A DNA stretch of 64,000 nt from Desulfobacterales bacterium (GTDB taxonomy: Bacteria; Desulfobacterota; Desulfobacteria; Desulfobacterales; UBA2245): NCBI GenBank assembly GCA_040771865.1, contig JAXGZF010000010.1, positions 62,001 to 126,000 on the forward strand, in the 5' to 3' direction. The number at the start of each line of letters is the position of its first letter. Positions within the stretch are counted from its first letter, which is position 1. This document shows positions 58,229 through 64,000 of the stretch, piece by piece. The notes under the pieces were generated by a model. The model had not been told where the DNA came from. It searched no databases and saw nothing but the letters and a program-made list of their open reading frames with translations. The position numbers and the translations under genes are program-made.

Positions 58229-59020
58229 TTATTTACCCAGCGAATGCGGTTCCATATGGCAGGCCAGGCATTCCGGAAATTTCTTGTGCATATTTTCACC
58301 ATGCAGATTCGCTTCATGACAATCCGTGCAGGCTGACGCCGATCCATGCGTTGCAGCATGGCACTCGACGCAGGCCATTTCCGTATGCGAATTCTTGCTC
58401 TTGACCAGGACATCGGCGACTTCGCCATGACAACAGGCGCAGTGTTTATCTGGCACCGAATTTCCATAAGCCACAGGGTCCTTGGGAGAATGGGTGGCAT
58501 GACAGCCTTTGCAGTCAGCCATTGCCATGCCTTCGGCGTGAGCGTCATGGCAGCCGAGGCATTCGGTCGATTCTTTATGGGTGGCGTGACATTCGAGACA
58601 ATCCATCTCGGAATGGGAACTGGGACGTTCCGTCATGGCTTTTCCCTGATCGGGATGGCAGGAGATACAGGCTCGTTTGACCGTTGCAACCTTTGAAAAA
58701 TCGATTTCAGTGGGTCGATGCGTCGTATGACAGCTTTTGCAGTCCTCGATCGCATAATGTGCGGAACTGCCGGGATCATGACAGGCATCGCATGCCGAGA
58801 TAACGTCTTTTCCGAGGGGTGGATGTTCCGGGTGGCAATCCACACACCCGAGATCCGCATGCTTGGCGCCCTTGTCCTTAAGGTCCTGGGTTTCTGTGGG
58901 GTGGCATTTGGCGCAATCGGCATTCTCCAAGGGTATCCGTTCGACCCCTGCAAAAGCGCCCATACTCAGAAAGGCAATCAGCAAGCAGCTCAAACAACCC
59001 GCATAACACCATTTTTTCAT
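58229..59020 (-). CDS. Periplasmic multiheme cytochrome c (12 CxxCH)
   Basis: Signal peptide from MKKWCY…AFA; 12 CxxCH motifs counted. Confidence 0.9.
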   Translation of the reverse strand: MKKWCYAGCLSCLLIAFLSMGAFAGVERIPLENADCAKCHPTETQDLKDKGAKHADLGCVDCHPEHPPLGKDVISACDACHDPGSSAHYAIEDCKSCHTTHRPTEIDFSKVATVKRACISCHPDQGKAMTERPSSHSEMDCLECHATHKESTECLGCHDAHAEGMAMADCKGCHATHSPKDPVAYGNSVPDKHCACCHGEVADVLVKSKNSHTEMACVECHAATHGSASACTDCHEANLHGENMHKKFPECLACHMEPHSLGK

Positions 59021-59878
59021 CCCTTGTCTCCTTTTCCCTCTGCCGTTAGCGAATAAAAAACTGAACCGCATCGAACCGGTACAATACGGACCCTTTGCAA
59101 AGTTAAATGCTATAACATTTTTGATGTTTTTTTCCAACACTTATACGAGTTAAAGATTTTAAAATTTTGATCATGCCGTAACGCAGGAGTTTCACTGATG
59201 CATGCAGCGTTTTGACGTCACGTCTTTTGCCTTGATTGTCAAAGGGTTGAAGCAAACGGCCCGTCGATTTACCGAATATTCGACGACCCGCTTTCAGAAC
59301 CATAGACCGCCTTTCCTGAATTCAAACGCCGGTCGAATATCCTGTTTGCAACGTTCGTTAAGCCAGATTCGGACGGTGTCTCGGCAACATCCATTTTTGA
59401 ACCGACCTTTGCGATATGAATCATCATTATCATGTTTTACCGAGTATTGATCCTGGGTTGTTCGCTGGTTGCCCGGCGGCTTCGAAAATCCGGCTGATCA
59501 CCTGCCGCGCAAGGTATCAAACACGGATGATCTTTAATCATTTTGAATTATTGTGTGATTGAATCCGATGGAAGTGCAACGCATCCTGGAACTTTTATCA
59601 ATCGCCTTAAATTTGATTGGATGATTTGATAAAAAATCGGTATGCTTTCAATCGCTCCGGCAGGATGTTGAAAAACAAGGATCGGGTCGTCGGAAAAAGC
59701 GAACGGCGATGCGACAAGCGCACCCGGCATGTGATCATCGGCACGAGTCGGGCAAAGCTGCCTTTTGAGCATCTGGTTCGGTTTTTCAATAACCTGTCAG
59801 GTTTAACAGCGATTTGCATCAACCGGGCGGATTTCGGCCCGCAAATGATCCGTAAAACTCAAAAGCAGGGAGGATTCA

Positions 59879-60373
59879 ATGGCTCAGTACGGATGGAACA
59901 AGGAATTGAACGTCTCGGTTCTGGAAAAGATCAAAGCCGACCTTAAAAACGCCATGCTCAAGAGGGATGATGAGGTGCGCAGCGCCCTTCGAATGATCAT
60001 GAGCGAATTTCCAAAAATCACCGTTCCCATTCAGCTGGAAGACGGGAAAAAAACCACCCGCCCGAAAACCGCCGCGGAAATCACCGATGATGATGTGCAC
60101 GGCATCATTCGCGGGCTGGTTAAATCCGAAAAAATTGTTCTCGAATTAACCAAGAAGGCTTCATCCCCCTATCTGGAGATTCTGGAGTCTTATTTGCCGA
60201 AAATGGCCGGCCGCGATGAAATTGTTCAGTGGATTTCGGAAAACATCGACTTTTCAAAAATGAAAAGCGCCGCCCAGGCCATGGGGCCGATCATGAAACA
60301 CTTCGGAAAACTGGCGGACGGCAATCTGGTCAAGCAGATCCTTCAGGATATGTCCAAAAAGTCCGGAACCTGA
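59879..60373 (+). CDS. GatB/YqeY domain protein
   Basis: IKADLKNAM…ALRMI, LESYLP, MGPIMK…ADG; GGAGG RBS. Confidence 0.8.
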   Translation: MAQYGWNKELNVSVLEKIKADLKNAMLKRDDEVRSALRMIMSEFPKITVPIQLEDGKKTTRPKTAAEITDDDVHGIIRGLVKSEKIVLELTKKASSPYLEILESYLPKMAGRDEIVQWISENIDFSKMKSAAQAMGPIMKHFGKLADGNLVKQILQDMSKKSGT

Positions 60374-60395
60374 CCGGACGGAAAGGAACTGGCCC

Positions 60396-61169
60396 ATGTC
60401 GCGATTTTTCAAGACCGCAATGCTGCTTCTTCTGGCACTCGGCATCTGGTGCGCCCAGGCGTGGTCCGGCAATGTACTGACGCAGATCTCCACGATCGAT
60501 GCACTGCTTGCAGGGGCCTACGACGGACAGGCGACAATCGGAGAGCTCAAGGCCTTCGGGGATCTGGGAATCGGAACTTTTCACGCCCTGGACGGGGAAA
60601 TGATCGTCTTGAACGGCAGGGTTTTCCAGGCCAGAGCCGACGGACAGATTGTTGCGGTTCCGGATTCGCTGACCACTCCCTTTGCCGTCATGGTCTTTTT
60701 CGAGGCCGAAGAAACCCTGGCCCTTCCCTCCGGCATCAACATGGAGGGGCTCTCCCGAATGATCGACCCGCTGCTTCCGAGTGCCAACCTGTTTTATGCC
60801 TTCCGAATCGAGGGTTCCTTTGAGTCGATGCGCGTTCGAAGCGTTCCCGGCCAGACCAAACCCTATCCGCCGCTGACGGAGGTTGTCGAGCATCAGTATC
60901 TGAAGACTCTGGAAAAGGTTGAGGGCGTGGTGGTGGGGTTCCGGTGCCCCCCGTTCGTCCGGGGCGTCAATGTGCCGGGATATCACCTGCATTTTATCGA
61001 CAAGGATGAAAAGGCGGGTGGCCATGTGCTGGAATTTACCGTTGCCAAAGCCGTTCTCCAGTGGGATGAGATTTCAAATTTTCACATGATGCTTCCCCGT
61101 GATCCGCTGTTTTCACGGATGAACCTGGATAAAGACCGTCAGGAAGATCTTCAGAAAGTCGAAAAATAG
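60396..61169 (+). CDS. budA: Alpha-acetolactate decarboxylase, with signal peptide
   Basis: QISTIDALLAG.YDG, GDLGIGTF..LDGEM, PGYHLHF, GGHVL. Confidence 0.88.
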   Translation: MSRFFKTAMLLLLALGIWCAQAWSGNVLTQISTIDALLAGAYDGQATIGELKAFGDLGIGTFHALDGEMIVLNGRVFQARADGQIVAVPDSLTTPFAVMVFFEAEETLALPSGINMEGLSRMIDPLLPSANLFYAFRIEGSFESMRVRSVPGQTKPYPPLTEVVEHQYLKTLEKVEGVVVGFRCPPFVRGVNVPGYHLHFIDKDEKAGGHVLEFTVAKAVLQWDEISNFHMMLPRDPLFSRMNLDKDRQEDLQKVEK

Positions 61170-61178
61170 ACAGGAATA

Positions 61179-61889
61179 TTGCGTACTTTAACGGCCATGG
61201 AATTCAAAGATACAACCTCTTTCAGTCCCGGCAAAATCGTCCGGCTGCGCATGGATTCAACAAATGCCGGCCGGGTCCATGTTGTGCTCGACAGCGGTCT
61301 CGAATTTTTTGTGAGCCTTCTGGAAGGGGCTGATCTGAAACCCGAACAGGTTTTATCTTCGGAACAGGTTCAACGCTATTACCTGGAAGACCGGTTCAAA
61401 CAGGCCTGTTCGAATGCCTTTGCCCTGCTGTCCCGCAGAGAGCGGAGCCGCCGGGAAGTTCAAACGCATCTGCTGAAAAAAGGATATGCGAAACCCACGG
61501 TTGCCCATGTTCTCGAGTATCTGGAAGCGGAAAATTATCTGAATGACGACCGGTTCTGCGCCCTCTGGATTCGAAGCCGTCAGAGAACCCGGCCCAAAGG
61601 CGCTTATGCCCTGCGCTGCGAGCTGAAGCAGAAAGGCATCGGCGATGAAATGGTTCAACGCCATATCGGGGAGGTCGATGAGGAAAGCGCCGCATGGGAC
61701 GCCCTTCAGTCGAAGCTGAAACGATGGGCCGGTCTCGATCGCAGGCGGTTTGTCTCCGGGGCGGGCGGGTTTCTGCAGCGCCGCGGATTCGACTCGCAAA
61801 CTGTCCGCAAAACCATTGACCGGGCCTGGCAGGCGATGACCGGCAAACCGCCTGAAAATCCGGATGGTTTTATGCTGACCGACACATAA
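61179..61889 (+). CDS. recX: Regulatory protein RecX
   Basis: LLSRRERSRRE, YLNDDRF, KG…LRCELKQKGI, FLQRRGF. Confidence 0.82.
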   Translation: MRTLTAMEFKDTTSFSPGKIVRLRMDSTNAGRVHVVLDSGLEFFVSLLEGADLKPEQVLSSEQVQRYYLEDRFKQACSNAFALLSRRERSRREVQTHLLKKGYAKPTVAHVLEYLEAENYLNDDRFCALWIRSRQRTRPKGAYALRCELKQKGIGDEMVQRHIGEVDEESAAWDALQSKLKRWAGLDRRRFVSGAGGFLQRRGFDSQTVRKTIDRAWQAMTGKPPENPDGFMLTDT

Positions 61890-61904
61890 CCCAAGGAGAA
61901 GACC

Positions 61905-62165
61905 ATGGTGTGCCATGAGGTGGATTACAGAATTATCGGGGACGACATTCAAACGGTTGAGGTCGAACTCGACCCGGAAGAGACCGTCATCGCCGAAGCC
62001 GGTTCCATGAATTACATGGAGGACGGCATATCCTTTGAAGCCAGAATGGGAGACGGGTCCGAAATCGAAAACGGCCTTTTCGGCAAACTGATGAGCGCCG
62101 GCCTGGGGCAAGCAGACAGGCGAAGGCTCGCTGCTGGGCGGTCTTGGACGATTGATGGACGGTGA
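61905..62165 (+). pseudogene. 5' fragment of a TIGR00266/AIM24 family gene
   Basis: [31 protein letters not shown]…MGDGS…GKL match, then the sequence diverges and stops at 86 aa. Family members are much longer. Confidence 0.7.
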
Positions 62166-62253
62166 CAACCGTTGACGATTGACTTGTCGGCGTTCAGGAA
62201 ATTGCGATTGAAACGTTGATTTCCATGAAAGTCGCCGTATCTTAAAATATTGA

Positions 62254-64000
<1,747 letters not shown>

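Noticed and set aside
59141..59878. Short ORFs or an ncRNA in the long intergenic region upstream of the cytochromes
   Set aside because: No recognisable motifs, RBS or convincing structure; probably divergent promoters.

Overview
Gene-dense, moderately GC-rich bacterial DNA. The gene content points to an anaerobic sulfate-reducer or syntroph-like organism (Desulfobacterota-like; inferred, not database-confirmed). Roughly 1-42 kb is a selenium/sulfur/metalloid-associated island with four parts. (i) A minus-strand operon with a double-cubane-cluster reductase (DCCP) and its ATP-dependent activator, an atypical pstSCAB, two small unknown proteins, a BioB-like radical SAM enzyme and a SsuABC-like ABC transporter. 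(ii) A divergent Cys-type periplasmic formate dehydrogenase operon (fdhA-fdhB-fdhE). Its ~480-nt leader contains a 14-codon uORF with an in-frame UGA followed by a SECIS-like hairpin, a candidate selenium-sensing leader peptide. (iii) An ArsS/TIGR04282/TIGR04283-type cluster with extra glycosyltransferases, two B12-binding radical SAM enzymes, a YdjY-rhodanese fusion, an Fe-S/TVP38 fusion, a porin-like protein and three tandem multi-rhodanese lipoproteins. One of these is a selenoprotein truncated by the ORF track. (iv) A divergent phosphomutase-like/nucleotidyltransferase/yedF unit and an orphan lolE. The rest of the window holds an acyl-CoA carboxylase pair, an Orp-like sigma54-regulated cluster, a hybrid histidine kinase, three multiheme cytochromes (12+20+12 CxxCH), and yqeY, budA, recX, a truncated TIGR00266 gene, leuB and a partial tatD. 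All calls come from reading motifs by eye; no searches were run.
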